The notes under the pieces: model-generated
Databases searched by the model: none
What the model was told of the DNA's origin: nothing
Seen by the model: the letters and a program-made list of their open reading frames with translations, nothing else
Source: a virus
Lineage: Duplodnaviria > Caudoviricetes
IMG/VR virus record: IMGVR_UViG_3300020045_003023
Location: 1 to 36,430 of that record
Reading direction: 5' to 3' (one strand)
Length of the DNA: 36,430 bases
Made by a program: the position numbers and the translations under genes
Shown: one piece after another, positions 7,517 to 17,461 of the stretch
Layout of the letters: each line of letters opens with the position of its first letter
Numbering within the stretch: position 1 is the first letter of the stretch

Positions 7517-9447
7517 TTGGCCCCTTGATTTCGTGTGAGTAGTTTTTCCATCGTTTCGAATGCTTCAAAGTCGCTTATGCCACGCAATCGGTCGATTGCA
7601 CCGCCTGCATAAGCAAACCCCTTGTCCGCCGCCGTTTTTATCGCTCCCTCGCGCGCAACATTTCTGATCGCCTGCTCTGTTTGCCCTTGCAGCGATGTCT
7701 TGGCAATAGCGTCAAATCTCGCGTCGATAGAATTTGCAAAGCGCATCAGCGCGACCGGATCGTCGGCAAACTCTGCGCCTAGGTCTTTTGCTGCTGCGTT
7801 GAGGTTGTCGATTGCGTTTGAAATTGGGATGCGGTTCTGATTGTTGCTTAGAATGCCGCGCATTCTTGTGCCTACTGCACTCGCTGCGTTTTTCATTCCG
7901 ATGTCTAGCGTACCCATCGCATCGTCCAGATCGTCCATAGCCGTCAGCGACTTGCTCAGCACGTCGTTGACGCGCGCGTAATCGTTGTCGACATTGCGCA
8001 CCGAATCATTCAGCGCCTTGCGGACAGACTTCAGCACGCGCTGCCCAGTGGCCGACAGTCCACCACCCTCAGTCGTGCGGCTGTAGTCAATCTTGGCGTC
8101 AATAATCCGCTTTAAATCGTGCGCCCGCAGTGCGTCAGGTGTTCCTTTTGAAAGGATCTCGATCACGTCGTTAATGACCTTTTGCGACGACGGGTCAAGC
8201 TCAATGAGTGACCTTGAAAAATCAGGGCTTGGCATTCCGCTGTCAAAATCAGCACCAACTTTCACCCGTTCCAGTTGCTCGCGCAGCGCGTCCAGCACAA
8301 TCTTTGTGTCTACAGGCACGCCAGCTAGCCGGTTTTTTGCGATGTCGTCCAGCTCTCTAGCCGCCTCTTTTGCCTTTCCCCGCACAAAGTCAAAACGCTT
8401 CATGGCCGACTCTCCGGCTACGTCGCTCGGCCGGAATTTGCTGGCCAATGCGCCGTTTTTGCTGATCGCCCGCGCTTGGCGCAGCATCTTAGTCAGCCCG
8501 GCCTGTGTCTCTGGTGTCTGCGCTTTGACATCGGCTACCGTGCTACTTGGCCACCCGTTATTTATCGCTTGCTTGCCGTCAATGTCAGGAACAATCCTTC
8601 CACCCTCGATGCGTAGGTCGGCTATAACATCATCTGTCCCGCCCGCTTTGATTTGCTCATAGAGCGCTTTGTACGCCGTAGATGATACGTCCGGCCGTGC
8701 CAGCACGCCTGTGTTCGGTGCTCTGGCTGGGATGATCGACTTAACCTCAGGCATCAGGTTTTCATACACAAGACCAACCCGGTCCAGGCTTCTGCGCATC
8801 GCTCGCGTCGGGCTGCCGTCGGCGCTGAGCAATTGCACGCCAGGCCGCAGGCCGCGAACTGCCCATAGTCCGGCCATCTCAGCCAAAGCAGTTGGCGCCG
8901 TCTGTGCAGCCGTTGCTAACCCTGGTGATCCGGTCGCGTCGTAGACTAAATCCCCAATATATTTGCCGATCCCCTTTTCCTTCACTTCGCCCGGCTGTGC
9001 TGCGGCATCCTTCAACCCCTGCCCGGTAGCAAGATGGCCTAGTGCTGAAACCCCGCCAACCGCCTTGCCCGCCAAGTCAACTACCGGCTCAACTACTGCC
9101 GCCAGATCTTGCATCCCCTCCTGTCCCGCTTGTGTGCGCGGCTGGAACCCGCCGGCCTGCATCTCGCGCGCAACGTCACCCATAACAGATGAGATTGGAG
9201 CCTCGTTTTCGCTTGTGCCTAGCGCACGTTTTCCGGCCTCAATTCCCCCGGCTATCATGCCGGAAGTTCCGCCCAAGATTGCGCGCGCCGCTGCATCACC
9301 CATCGCCAGTGCTGGCTCGCCGATATAGTCGGCCCCGCCGCCCTGCAAGTCTGCCATGGCCTTTTGTGCGACGGCTAGCGCTTCTGCGTTTCCGACCTCT
9401 TGCGCAAGTGCCGCCAGCTCTTGCGCTTCTTCCATCGTTAGTGCCAT
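7513..9447 (-). CDS. Internal virion / DNA ejection protein (P22 gp16-like position)
   Basis: Long Ala/Gly-rich helical protein; synteny. Confidence 0.65.
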   Translation of the reverse strand: MALTMEEAQELAALAQEVGNAEALAVAQKAMADLQGGGADYIGEPALAMGDAAARAILGGTSGMIAGGIEAGKRALGTSENEAPISSVMGDVAREMQAGGFQPRTQAGQEGMQDLAAVVEPVVDLAGKAVGGVSALGHLATGQGLKDAAAQPGEVKEKGIGKYIGDLVYDATGSPGLATAAQTAPTALAEMAGLWAVRGLRPGVQLLSADGSPTRAMRRSLDRVGLVYENLMPEVKSIIPARAPNTGVLARPDVSSTAYKALYEQIKAGGTDDVIADLRIEGGRIVPDIDGKQAINNGWPSSTVADVKAQTPETQAGLTKMLRQARAISKNGALASKFRPSDVAGESAMKRFDFVRGKAKEAARELDDIAKNRLAGVPVDTKIVLDALREQLERVKVGADFDSGMPSPDFSRSLIELDPSSQKVINDVIEILSKGTPDALRAHDLKRIIDAKIDYSRTTEGGGLSATGQRVLKSVRKALNDSVRNVDNDYARVNDVLSKSLTAMDDLDDAMGTLDIGMKNAASAVGTRMRGILSNNQNRIPISNAIDNLNAAAKDLGAEFADDPVALMRFANSIDARFDAIAKTSLQGQTEQAIRNVAREGAIKTAADKGFAYAGGAIDRLRGISDFEAFETMEKLLTRNQGAK

Positions 9448-9461
9448 TACCAGCCCTCGCT

Positions 9462-10658
9462 TTAGCGCCGCATCAATTCTTGAATCCTTCGTTCTTTGGT
9501 GTCGGCAACAGGCGCCTCTGTTACGCCCGGTGAAGGTGTCGCACCCTGCCCGGTAAAGCCCATCGCCTCACGTTCCGCCGTTTCAAGGTTGCGGTCTAAT
9601 TGTGCCTTGTACGCATCAAGAGAGGCGAGCTTTTCGGCTGGTGTCTTGTTTATGTCGCCCATGGTAGACATCATCGCCTGGAAGTCGCGGTCTGTCGGCG
9701 ATGCCCCCATTTGCTTGAGCGACGGTATAACCTGGTTAAGAACGATTGATTCAAATTTTGCGCGCGCCGTGGCGCCCTCTGGCGTGCCAAACGTGCCGGT
9801 TAGCCCAAGCTCCTGCATCGCCATATCAAACACGCGCCCGCTCATTGTGTGCGTTGCCAGTGGAGCCAGCTCGCGCAATGCCTCTATGCCTTTCGTGATA
9901 GCCGGTGCGGCCGCCCTGATCGAATTGAGCTTGATCTGCGATTCGCTTTGACCCTTCGCCATCGCAGCCGCGCGCGCCACTTTTGCCTCTATGTCCGGTA
10001 GAAATTCCACCCTGGCCTGCTGCTTGCCGGTTTCGCTGCCAAGCTCTAGCGTGCGCCGCACTTCTGCCACCTGCGGTGCTGTCCCTTGCGCTGCTATCGT
10101 CTGCTCTGCGGACCCCATTGGCCGCGCTATCATGCCAAGCGCACGCGCTGCTGATAGCTGGCGCGCAGACAGCTCTGCCTCTGGTCTCAGCCTACCGGAT
10201 TCGTCATATGGATTTTGCCCAGACTCCAGATCTGCTATGAGTGCCGCTCGCTCGCGCTCACCTGCTGTGCGTGACATTCCAGCGCCAAATATGCCGAGAT
10301 TTTGAGCGGTAGAAACCGCAGCGCCCAGCATGTCGGCGACCTGCTCGGGCGGCGCAGACATAAGAAGCCGCTTGTCGTCGTCATCAAACACAGACGCCTG
10401 GACGGCAGCACGGAAGCCATCGATGTCGCCGCGCTGTATAAAATGCGCGTTCTGAATGGCAAATGTTGCCGCGCGCCGGATGTCGTCTTGCTCTGCTTGA
10501 GCGGTTACCCCCTGCTGGGCCTTCTGAATATTGATATTTAATAGCTGGTTTCTTGCCGGCTGAGTCAGCATATTCTCGACAGCTTGCCGCGACTGATCGA
10601 ACGCCGCTGCGCCTCTGCTGTTGTCGATCTGCAATAAGATGTTTGGATTGATCGACAT
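9462..10658 (-). CDS. Internal virion / DNA ejection protein (gp20-like position)
   Basis: Likely start MSINPNILL at 10658, just after the previous stop; helical, Ala/Gln-rich. Confidence 0.65.
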   Translation of the reverse strand: MSINPNILLQIDNSRGAAAFDQSRQAVENMLTQPARNQLLNINIQKAQQGVTAQAEQDDIRRAATFAIQNAHFIQRGDIDGFRAAVQASVFDDDDKRLLMSAPPEQVADMLGAAVSTAQNLGIFGAGMSRTAGERERAALIADLESGQNPYDESGRLRPEAELSARQLSAARALGMIARPMGSAEQTIAAQGTAPQVAEVRRTLELGSETGKQQARVEFLPDIEAKVARAAAMAKGQSESQIKLNSIRAAAPAITKGIEALRELAPLATHTMSGRVFDMAMQELGLTGTFGTPEGATARAKFESIVLNQVIPSLKQMGASPTDRDFQAMMSTMGDINKTPAEKLASLDAYKAQLDRNLETAEREAMGFTGQGATPSPGVTEAPVADTKERRIQELMRR

Positions 10659-10662
10659 AATG

Positions 10663-11595
10663 TCAATTCCTGATAAAAGGCAGAAGCGAACCGCCTGCGC
10701 CCGCGCCGAAACCGCCAGGGGTTGCAGAGCCGCTGCCAAGAGTGTTCGGAGAGCCTGCGCCGGAACCAACGAGGCTGCCGGCCCCGCTATACAGCGAAGA
10801 AATAGCGCCAAGAACCTGCGGAATGACATCTTTTTTCGCATTTGTCACTGCCACCTGCTCAGCAGCACCGACGTTACCCCGATCCGTTGCAAGCCCCGCA
10901 AGCGCCGACCCAAGCCCGAGCGCTGCATTGGCTTGACTTATGGCCCCCTGCTGCCCGGTTTGCAGCAGATTGAATATGTCGGACGTCTGATTGCGGACTA
11001 GCGGTTGAGCCGACAGAAGAACGTTATTGGATAGCTGCTGTAACGTGTCCCCGGCCGACAATCTGCCACGCGCAGCCGCGCTCTGCTGGGTCACCCGGTT
11101 GGCGTTGTCAAGTGACATCTGAAACAGCGGATTGCTTTTCAGGTAGTCGAATTGTGACCGCGGGTTGGCGATGAAGTCGGACAGGCTCAACGCCCGCGAT
11201 GCGATGCCAGGCCGGACGGCTGCCCGCTTGTCTTGCAGCGTTTTAAGCTGTGCCTGTAATGCCGGCAGCCTATCTGCACCGCCTATGGCCGTTCCCGATA
11301 GGGTAAACGTCCCCCAAGGCGTGCTGTATGTCTGCCCGCCTGCGCCACCTGGTGCAGACTGTGAAGCAGCTATTTGGCTTTGCAACGCGGCAATTTCGGC
11401 ATCTAGCGCCGTGGTATCCTCGCCCGCCCCAAATGGCGCCAGGTATCGTTGCGCCGCTGCTGTCTGCTCTGCCGTTACTCTCCGAGCTTCATCAATTCCG
11501 GCTTTCTGCTGCTCTGCGGCTTTTTTAGCGCCCTTCCGGCTTGACCGCGATGCAAGCGCGGACGCCGCAACGGCGGCGATGGCTCCCCATACCAT
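10663..11595 (-). CDS. DNA ejection/transfer protein (gp7-like)
   Basis: MVWGAIAAVAASALASRSSRKGAKKAAEQQ...SAAARGRLSAGDTLQQL, typical of podovirus gp7-like proteins. Confidence 0.75.
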   Translation of the reverse strand: MVWGAIAAVAASALASRSSRKGAKKAAEQQKAGIDEARRVTAEQTAAAQRYLAPFGAGEDTTALDAEIAALQSQIAASQSAPGGAGGQTYSTPWGTFTLSGTAIGGADRLPALQAQLKTLQDKRAAVRPGIASRALSLSDFIANPRSQFDYLKSNPLFQMSLDNANRVTQQSAAARGRLSAGDTLQQLSNNVLLSAQPLVRNQTSDIFNLLQTGQQGAISQANAALGLGSALAGLATDRGNVGAAEQVAVTNAKKDVIPQVLGAISSLYSGAGSLVGSGAGSPNTLGSGSATPGGFGAGAGGSLLPFIRN

Positions 11596-11608
11596 AACAC
11601 CCCCCCCC

Positions 11609-11941
11609 TTATGCGATCACGCCGGAACAGTTGACGTTAACGTCCGTTCCGGTGTTTTGCTTGGCCTGTAAAGTCTGGCCTTCGTTGAGCGTTGCCGCTT
11701 GCGCTTCGATACACATCCACTCCCGCCCCGGCGGTATCGCCCGCGACGCCAGCTCGTTTGTCGTTGCGGCAGAACCGCCAGATTGTACCATGTACACCGT
11801 TATAGTGCGCGACGATGCCGAAGTGTTTCTAAACACCAACTGATTGACCAGCTTGACCTGACCAGTAATCGGCGTCGCAAACAGCGCCGCAGCCGTGCTG
11901 CTGAGCTGTGTATTGATGGTGAAGTTCGACAATTCGGCCAT
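11609..11941 (-). CDS. Small beta-rich virion structural protein
   Basis: TAATG overlap; Thr/Ser-rich; lies in the tail region. Confidence 0.6.
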   Translation of the reverse strand: MAELSNFTINTQLSSTAAALFATPITGQVKLVNQLVFRNTSASSRTITVYMVQSGGSAATTNELASRAIPPGREWMCIEAQAATLNEGQTLQAKQNTGTDVNVNCSGVIA

Positions 11942-13137
11942 TAGAATAATTCCTTCCACAGCATTGCAGCGTTGATAGTAGCGGAGCTTGTGCTAACGCC
12001 TGATATTGTTAGCGTGTCCCCGGCCTGTAAAATGATCTTATAATCCAGCAAACTCTCAATTGCCTTGTCGTTTCTACCAGCTAGTGGCGTCGTCAAAATG
12101 TTTGTTCCGCCGGTAACAGTCGTGCCGCTATTGTCGATCTCGACAACCGAATTCGTGGCATTAATATCTGAGTAAGATGGCGAACCGCCTAGCGTGGCAT
12201 TTTTAACAAGTCGAATGTACCCTAAATTATTTGCGGCAGATGCCTCAATTGAAGCTGCGATTCTTTCAAGCTGAATGTCGATAAAATTTGTCTTGCTCGC
12301 ATAGGTCGACTTGACCATGATTGTCAGAATAGCAACTTCACTAGTAACTGTGTTTTTTGTCTTTATACCGGACGAGTTTTGCGGCTGGTGGTACTCGATA
12401 TTGCCGGTTTTGCCTTCAATAAAATAGCCATACGAGGCTGCTTTTAACTGGATATTGCTGGTCGTAGCGCCATTATCCACCCAGTACATCGCGTGAAAAT
12501 TTGGGTTATGCGTGCTGGGCGAGGTGTTTAAGTTAGCATACAGAATTGTGTGCGCGTTGATCATGTCGCCGGTGGCGGCGTCCTCGACCCATAGCCTGAT
12601 CGCCCCAGCGCCCAGGTACTGAAACGCGACAAAAAATACGTTTAATTTCGTCGGGTCCAGAGTCATGCCGCTTGGCCCGGTACCATCTAGCGGGTCGTCC
12701 CAATCTTCCAGCGCAACGGTAGTTACCGCGTCGTTCTGGAATCTATGGAACCCAAAATCCGTGCCGTAATAGCCGACCATGTAGCCGTTTTTGAAGGCGG
12801 CAGTACTGCCTGTCTCGTCAGCAAGGCCGCAAAGTTGTTCAGTGCCAGCTACCGGGCTTGTAAATAGGGCGGTAAATCGTAAAACCCCGCCAAGCCCTGC
12901 ACGATAGCGCGCGTGTATCTTGCTGTTGTGTTTGGCCGTCGACCCGGTCGTTGTGGTGGTCGATAATACCAGCATGCCATCGGCCTGAGTTACAGTCGCG
13001 GCTCCGGTTTTAGTGTTTTCGCAAAGATCGGTATTGTCGACCGTATACTCAAACGATCCTTGAAATATCGGCGACAACTCAGCGGTGCGAACATCCCCGA
13101 ACGCCGTCAGCGGTATTTGTTGCTGAAAATGACTCAT
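11941..13137 (-). CDS. Beta-sandwich/lectin-like virion protein (possible second receptor-binding or fibre protein)
   Basis: ATGA overlap at 13134-13137; beta-rich Thr/Gly composition; lies in the tail region. Confidence 0.55.
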   Translation of the reverse strand: MSHFQQQIPLTAFGDVRTAELSPIFQGSFEYTVDNTDLCENTKTGAATVTQADGMLVLSTTTTTGSTAKHNSKIHARYRAGLGGVLRFTALFTSPVAGTEQLCGLADETGSTAAFKNGYMVGYYGTDFGFHRFQNDAVTTVALEDWDDPLDGTGPSGMTLDPTKLNVFFVAFQYLGAGAIRLWVEDAATGDMINAHTILYANLNTSPSTHNPNFHAMYWVDNGATTSNIQLKAASYGYFIEGKTGNIEYHQPQNSSGIKTKNTVTSEVAILTIMVKSTYASKTNFIDIQLERIAASIEASAANNLGYIRLVKNATLGGSPSYSDINATNSVVEIDNSGTTVTGGTNILTTPLAGRNDKAIESLLDYKIILQAGDTLTISGVSTSSATINAAMLWKELF

Positions 13138-13685
13138 ATCACGCCCCACGAACCAGAAACAGCATTATACAGCAGCACGGCCGTGTCGTATTTTTTCGGT
13201 ATTTGCCATGACGTGCGCCCATTTATCGAGCCTGAAACGCGAACCGGACCCGATCTGCGCATTATAACCACCATCTCGGCATCCCCAGGCGTGGCGTTTA
13301 ACGTGACAGTTATTGTCGCGGCGTTAATGCACTCTACCACCTGCGTTCCGGTCGTTGTCGTGCTGGTCGCTGTTCGCACCGTTTGCAGAGGCTGAACTTC
13401 TGACGAAGCCGCGCGCATGATCAGATCTATAACGCTTTCGCGCTGCGGACTCTGCGGCTGGCGCACAAAGTCAAACTTCTTCATATCTGCCGCGTCGATC
13501 CCAGGCTGAGAACGCGCGTACCGCAACACGGCGGAATCGGCTACCGCGTCGGTTGAGCCCCCTGTGCGCTCGCGTAGTTGAAACACAATGGTCTCAAGCT
13601 GGCGCAGATAGTCGTCAAGCTCGCGTGTTAGCTGCTGCGTCGGTCTGCGCAGATGAGGCGGTGGATTGACGCGGGTATGTGTCAT
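13134..13685 (-). CDS. Tail needle-like protein (P22 gp26 position)
   Basis: Directly after the gp10-like gene; N-terminal coiled segment 'LDDYLRQLETIVFQLRERTGG'. Confidence 0.5.
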   Translation of the reverse strand: MTHTRVNPPPHLRRPTQQLTRELDDYLRQLETIVFQLRERTGGSTDAVADSAVLRYARSQPGIDAADMKKFDFVRQPQSPQRESVIDLIMRAASSEVQPLQTVRTATSTTTTGTQVVECINAATITVTLNATPGDAEMVVIMRRSGPVRVSGSINGRTSWQIPKKYDTAVLLYNAVSGSWGVI

Positions 13686-15103
13686 CGCCAACCTCCGTGT
13701 TTAATCGCAATTGCAGCACCGAATAGACCAAAAAAACACGGGTCTGTGAATGTGATTCGGATGTTCAGCGTCATAAACGACAGCATTTTGTCCCAGCGTA
13801 CCGTCGCCTGATATTGCCCCATGCGCCCAAGCTCGACCCAGCCGCCGTGCGCCCAATCGATGCTATCGTCAATGGAATACTCCACCATCATTCGCGGTGC
13901 CTCGCCCTGTCCGGATATTAACCCGACGCCGGTCTGCACCATGAAATCCATATAACTCATCTTGATGCGCTGACCCGGTGCTCCTAGCATCGCCCCGTGA
14001 ATCTGTGCAAGCTGTCGCTGCCGTTGGATCACAGCCCCGCCGTCCGTGTAGGTGTCAAGGTCGAAGGTATAGAGCGCGCCATTGTCGGCATCGGCCACTA
14101 TGGTTTTTCCGTAGCATGCCACAATGGACGTGCCCCGGTGCGCAGCGTCCTCGGTGCCATATGACATCTCAAACCAGCCGTCAGCGCCGATTGACTCGGA
14201 TAACACCCACGTGCGGCCGGCGGTTGGAAATGTCAGAAAATAAAAATTCTGCCCTTGCAGTGTGTAAGTCGTCCCGATAGCGTCAGATATGTCTGCGTAG
14301 CCTTCAAAAGCGTTGGCTACGTTGACGCCAGACACGACCTGGAACGATCCGCCGCGCGCAAAGTAAACGCGCCGGTCGTCGCCTAGAAAATATAGCCCGT
14401 TGTCGGTGTGCGCTGGCGAGTGCATAGCACCAAGCCCGACCGACAGAATCCCGCCAGTAATTCTATCAAACGGAGGGCTACCTTCGCCGGTGTTATACCA
14501 TAGCTCGGTCGACTCTTCGCCGAACATGAACACGTTTTCATCGTAGACGTATGCGCGCACAAGATCATCCGGCTGTGATTCTGCCTGCGCTGCATTCAGG
14601 CCGCTAGCAACAGCAGGTTGGCCAACGTCGGAAATGACAAAAAGGTTTGGCTTGGTGTAAATGTACTGCGAATTAAGCCATGCGACAGCAACCGCGCCGT
14701 CTATGTCTGTATCTGCAACTGCGGTTATCGTCGCCCCGTCGTACACCCAGACGGCACCGTCTGAACATATAACAAGGTTCACGCCATCATTTGCAAATGT
14801 GCAGCGCTCCGTGCCTGTGATCGCCCCTATGCTGGTATGCGCCCCGGTAGATGCGACAGAGTATAGCGTCTGTCCCACAACGCGATACAGGACGCCTGCC
14901 ATAACAGCCAGCCCTCGGTCATCGCCCGCCGTGGTCGATCCGAACGATTCAAGGCCCGGTGTCGGCATCAGCACGAACTCTACCTTGGCGCCTTTGTTCA
15001 CTTCCGGGTATAGGTTTTTGGTACGCTGATTCGCCAGCGCTACCGCCCGACTCTGAAAGCTCGGGCCAGCAACATTGATCTGTATCACGCGCCCGTAGCT
15101 CAT
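13682..15103 (-). CDS. Packaged-DNA stabilization / tail hub protein (P22 gp10-like)
   Basis: NLYPE..LMPTPGL N-terminus, AESQPD, FGEESTELWYNTG, YTLQGQNFYFLTFPT. Confidence 0.85.
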   Translation of the reverse strand: MSYGRVIQINVAGPSFQSRAVALANQRTKNLYPEVNKGAKVEFVLMPTPGLESFGSTTAGDDRGLAVMAGVLYRVVGQTLYSVASTGAHTSIGAITGTERCTFANDGVNLVICSDGAVWVYDGATITAVADTDIDGAVAVAWLNSQYIYTKPNLFVISDVGQPAVASGLNAAQAESQPDDLVRAYVYDENVFMFGEESTELWYNTGEGSPPFDRITGGILSVGLGAMHSPAHTDNGLYFLGDDRRVYFARGGSFQVVSGVNVANAFEGYADISDAIGTTYTLQGQNFYFLTFPTAGRTWVLSESIGADGWFEMSYGTEDAAHRGTSIVACYGKTIVADADNGALYTFDLDTYTDGGAVIQRQRQLAQIHGAMLGAPGQRIKMSYMDFMVQTGVGLISGQGEAPRMMVEYSIDDSIDWAHGGWVELGRMGQYQATVRWDKMLSFMTLNIRITFTDPCFFGLFGAAIAIKHGGWR

Positions 15104-15726
15104 GGCTTATAACCGCGACTGCGCATTACCAGCGCTGGCCCAAACCGCCCGGCGTCGGCGTCTTTGTTGGCGCCTTTTATCGAGCTATAAAATAGGTCGG
15201 CAAACTTAGCCTCCATGTCTGGCTCCTCTGTGTATCTGTAGACCTGCATCAGAGCGCCGTACAGGTATAGGTGTGGATAGCGCGTCAGAACGGCGTTCGT
15301 TGGCGCGCCGTCAGAAAGTGCTACCAGCTTGCCGTTGTATTGCATCTCCAGCGTGTAGGTGTCGTCCGGCACCGTGTCAAATTCGATCTGAGAAGTGATC
15401 GTAAAAAATCGCGGAATGTCCGGCCCGTCGTACGATTCCAGCTGCTCAGGTGACCGGTATTGCAGCAGGCAAAACCCGCTGTCTGTGTCTATGCGCAGCC
15501 TGCGCATGGATTTAAAATCTGTTGGCAGGTCTAGGTATCGGCTCGAAGTGCTTAAGGTCGCCGTGGCTCTGACTTCGTACTCTGCCGCGCGAAGAATCGC
15601 AATCGGATTGCTCAGCATTTCCGCTTCTGCCAGCGTTATAAACGTGGGTACCTTCAAGTCCAAATCAGAGCGCTTCGACCACTCGATGATCTCGGTTTTT
15701 AATGCTGAATATGTCGTCAGTGCCAT
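15100..15726 (-). CDS. Head-tail adaptor protein
   Basis: MALTTYSALKTEIIEW...FITLAEA...PHLYLYGAL pattern; synteny. Confidence 0.8.
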   Translation of the reverse strand: MALTTYSALKTEIIEWSKRSDLDLKVPTFITLAEAEMLSNPIAILRAAEYEVRATATLSTSSRYLDLPTDFKSMRRLRIDTDSGFCLLQYRSPEQLESYDGPDIPRFFTITSQIEFDTVPDDTYTLEMQYNGKLVALSDGAPTNAVLTRYPHLYLYGALMQVYRYTEEPDMEAKFADLFYSSIKGANKDADAGRFGPALVMRSRGYKP

Positions 15727-15730
15727 AGTG

Positions 15731-15755
15731 AAAAACGGGGCTTATTCAGCCCCGT
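15731..15755 (-). terminator. Rho-independent terminator after the capsid gene cluster
   Basis: The minus strand reads ACGGGGCT-GAATA-AGCCCCGT-TTTT. Confidence 0.7.
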
Positions 15756-15927
15756 CCTCATCGGATGCCCCAGACTTCCTGCCGCGCTTAGTGACGCGCT
15801 CCATCCAGTTGTCGGAGAAGTCAGCCTCGGACTGAATCTCAAACTGCTGGCCTGGGTAGCGTCTGCGCTCGCCATAAAAGCCATAAAAGCCTTCTGGCAT
15901 ATCGTTTTTAACGCGAACAGTTATCAT
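15742..15927 (-). CDS. Small hypothetical head-region protein
   Basis: AGGAG RBS; 'GFYGERRRYPGQQFEI...FSDNWME'. Confidence 0.7.
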   Translation of the reverse strand: MITVRVKNDMPEGFYGFYGERRRYPGQQFEIQSEADFSDNWMERVTKRGRKSGASDEDGAE

Positions 15928-15939
15928 GCGGTTCTCCTA

Positions 15940-16413
15940 TCAGGTAATGGTATAGCCGGCCGGGTAGGTGTTGTAAGCATTCACGCTACTCAGCGGCGCC
16001 AGGTAAGACGTTACAGTAATGGTCGGCGATGTGCCGGCCAGAACATACCGAACGCCAATGTACCGCTCACTCTCAGTTAGAGCGGTCGGTGGCAGCGGGA
16101 TCGAAAAGGTAAACCCGGCGACCAGCAAATCTGCATCTTGAGCTGGTGCGTCAGGAGTGCCCGACTCGAACGCGCGGCGACCGATCAACTGGCGGCCGGT
16201 AGTCTGTGCGGCATTCGAAGCATACTCCACATCGAAAGTATAATCCTCGTCGCCGGTGGTCTGATCCGCTGCCACGTCAACAACAAAAACGACAGCCAGC
16301 GGCTCACCGTTCCCGATTGATGAGTCGGACAGAAGGTCAATGACGTTCGTACCGACGGCCGTAGTTGTCAGCGCTTGCGCGTCTGAAAATTGAGATTGTG
16401 CATCAATAAACAT
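15940..16413 (-). CDS. Capsid cement/decoration protein (BPP-1 Bbp16-like)
   Basis: MFIDAQSQFSDAQALTTTAVGTNVIDL...RYIGVRY; directly after the major capsid gene. Confidence 0.8.
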   Translation of the reverse strand: MFIDAQSQFSDAQALTTTAVGTNVIDLLSDSSIGNGEPLAVVFVVDVAADQTTGDEDYTFDVEYASNAAQTTGRQLIGRRAFESGTPDAPAQDADLLVAGFTFSIPLPPTALTESERYIGVRYVLAGTSPTITVTSYLAPLSSVNAYNTYPAGYTIT

Positions 16414-16427
16414 TGCATGTACCCCTA

Positions 16428-17441
16428 TTAGGTTACGCGAGCTTCAGCATGTGAGAGCGCGTCACAAATACGCACAGGCACGCCGCTGAATCGCAGGGTT
16501 TGGATGGTGTCGCCCAACTGATTAAGCGAGTTCTCAACGCTCAGCACGCTAGCACTTTTGTCCAGCGCGGCAATGCGCAGGTGAGATGCTACTGTGCGCG
16601 AGCAACAGAACGACGGCTTAATGCCAGCCATGGACGGGAAACGGTCAAGTGACCTAGACATCATCTTGATGATTGCGGTTGCAGCGGTTGATGCCTGCGT
16701 TCCGGTGGCAGCCACCAGATCAGATACGTCCACGTTTGCGATTCTGACCGCATATTTCCAGTTTTTCACGGCGAGGCCGACCTTCCACTTGTACAAATCC
16801 ATGTACGCGCGGAAGCGATTGTTGTCGCTATCGAAGGCATCACCCAGCCCGAGATCCTCATGCTGCAAACCAGCCTTTGATCCTTTCGGAAAAATAGCGT
16901 GTACCTGAGGTCCCCAGCCGATCAGCCAGATCGAGGTGTTGTCCGATCCGGTGCCGCCCGCGTCCAAAATGTTCTGGCCGTTCGCAGCACTCAGCGATGC
17001 ATAACGATTAGCAAACCCGACGAACTCTTCAGGATTTGCTGCGGAACCATAGAACATAGTTGACGCTACTTCATTGCTCATCGCATGAATGAACGCCGTT
17101 GACTCGCTAAGACGAAAGTCTTTGACATTGCCGTTAAGCTCTGCCGTGTCTTGGTCTATCTGCGAGCGCGCCGACAAGTTGCCGCACTGCTCGGTCACCT
17201 GTACGGTAGTCGCCTTTGAGTTTGGAACGCCCTTGTTCATCAGACGCCAGTACACGGTCGGGTATCCGTTCATGATGGACGTCTGCTCGCCGGTTGGCAA
17301 GTTGCCCTCTTTTGCCATCATGTCGTCCAGAAGGCCGTTCTCTTGCGCCAGGATGTCCACGATTAAGCTAGTTCTTCCGCTCGGGTCTAGCCGCTTGGCC
17401 CAGTCCGAGTAGGTCAGTAAAGTACCGCCGATTGTAGCCAT
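16428..17441 (-). CDS. Major capsid protein (BPP-1 Bbp17-like, HK97 fold)
   Basis: LTYSDWAKRLDP...EGNLPTG...WRLMNKGV...TGSDNTSIWLIGWG...VRIANVD...FSGVPVRICDAL. Confidence 0.9.
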   Translation of the reverse strand: MATIGGTLLTYSDWAKRLDPSGRTSLIVDILAQENGLLDDMMAKEGNLPTGEQTSIMNGYPTVYWRLMNKGVPNSKATTVQVTEQCGNLSARSQIDQDTAELNGNVKDFRLSESTAFIHAMSNEVASTMFYGSAANPEEFVGFANRYASLSAANGQNILDAGGTGSDNTSIWLIGWGPQVHAIFPKGSKAGLQHEDLGLGDAFDSDNNRFRAYMDLYKWKVGLAVKNWKYAVRIANVDVSDLVAATGTQASTAATAIIKMMSRSLDRFPSMAGIKPSFCCSRTVASHLRIAALDKSASVLSVENSLNQLGDTIQTLRFSGVPVRICDALSHAEARVT

Positions 17442-17461
17442 AATATCACCTCGTGATTTGT

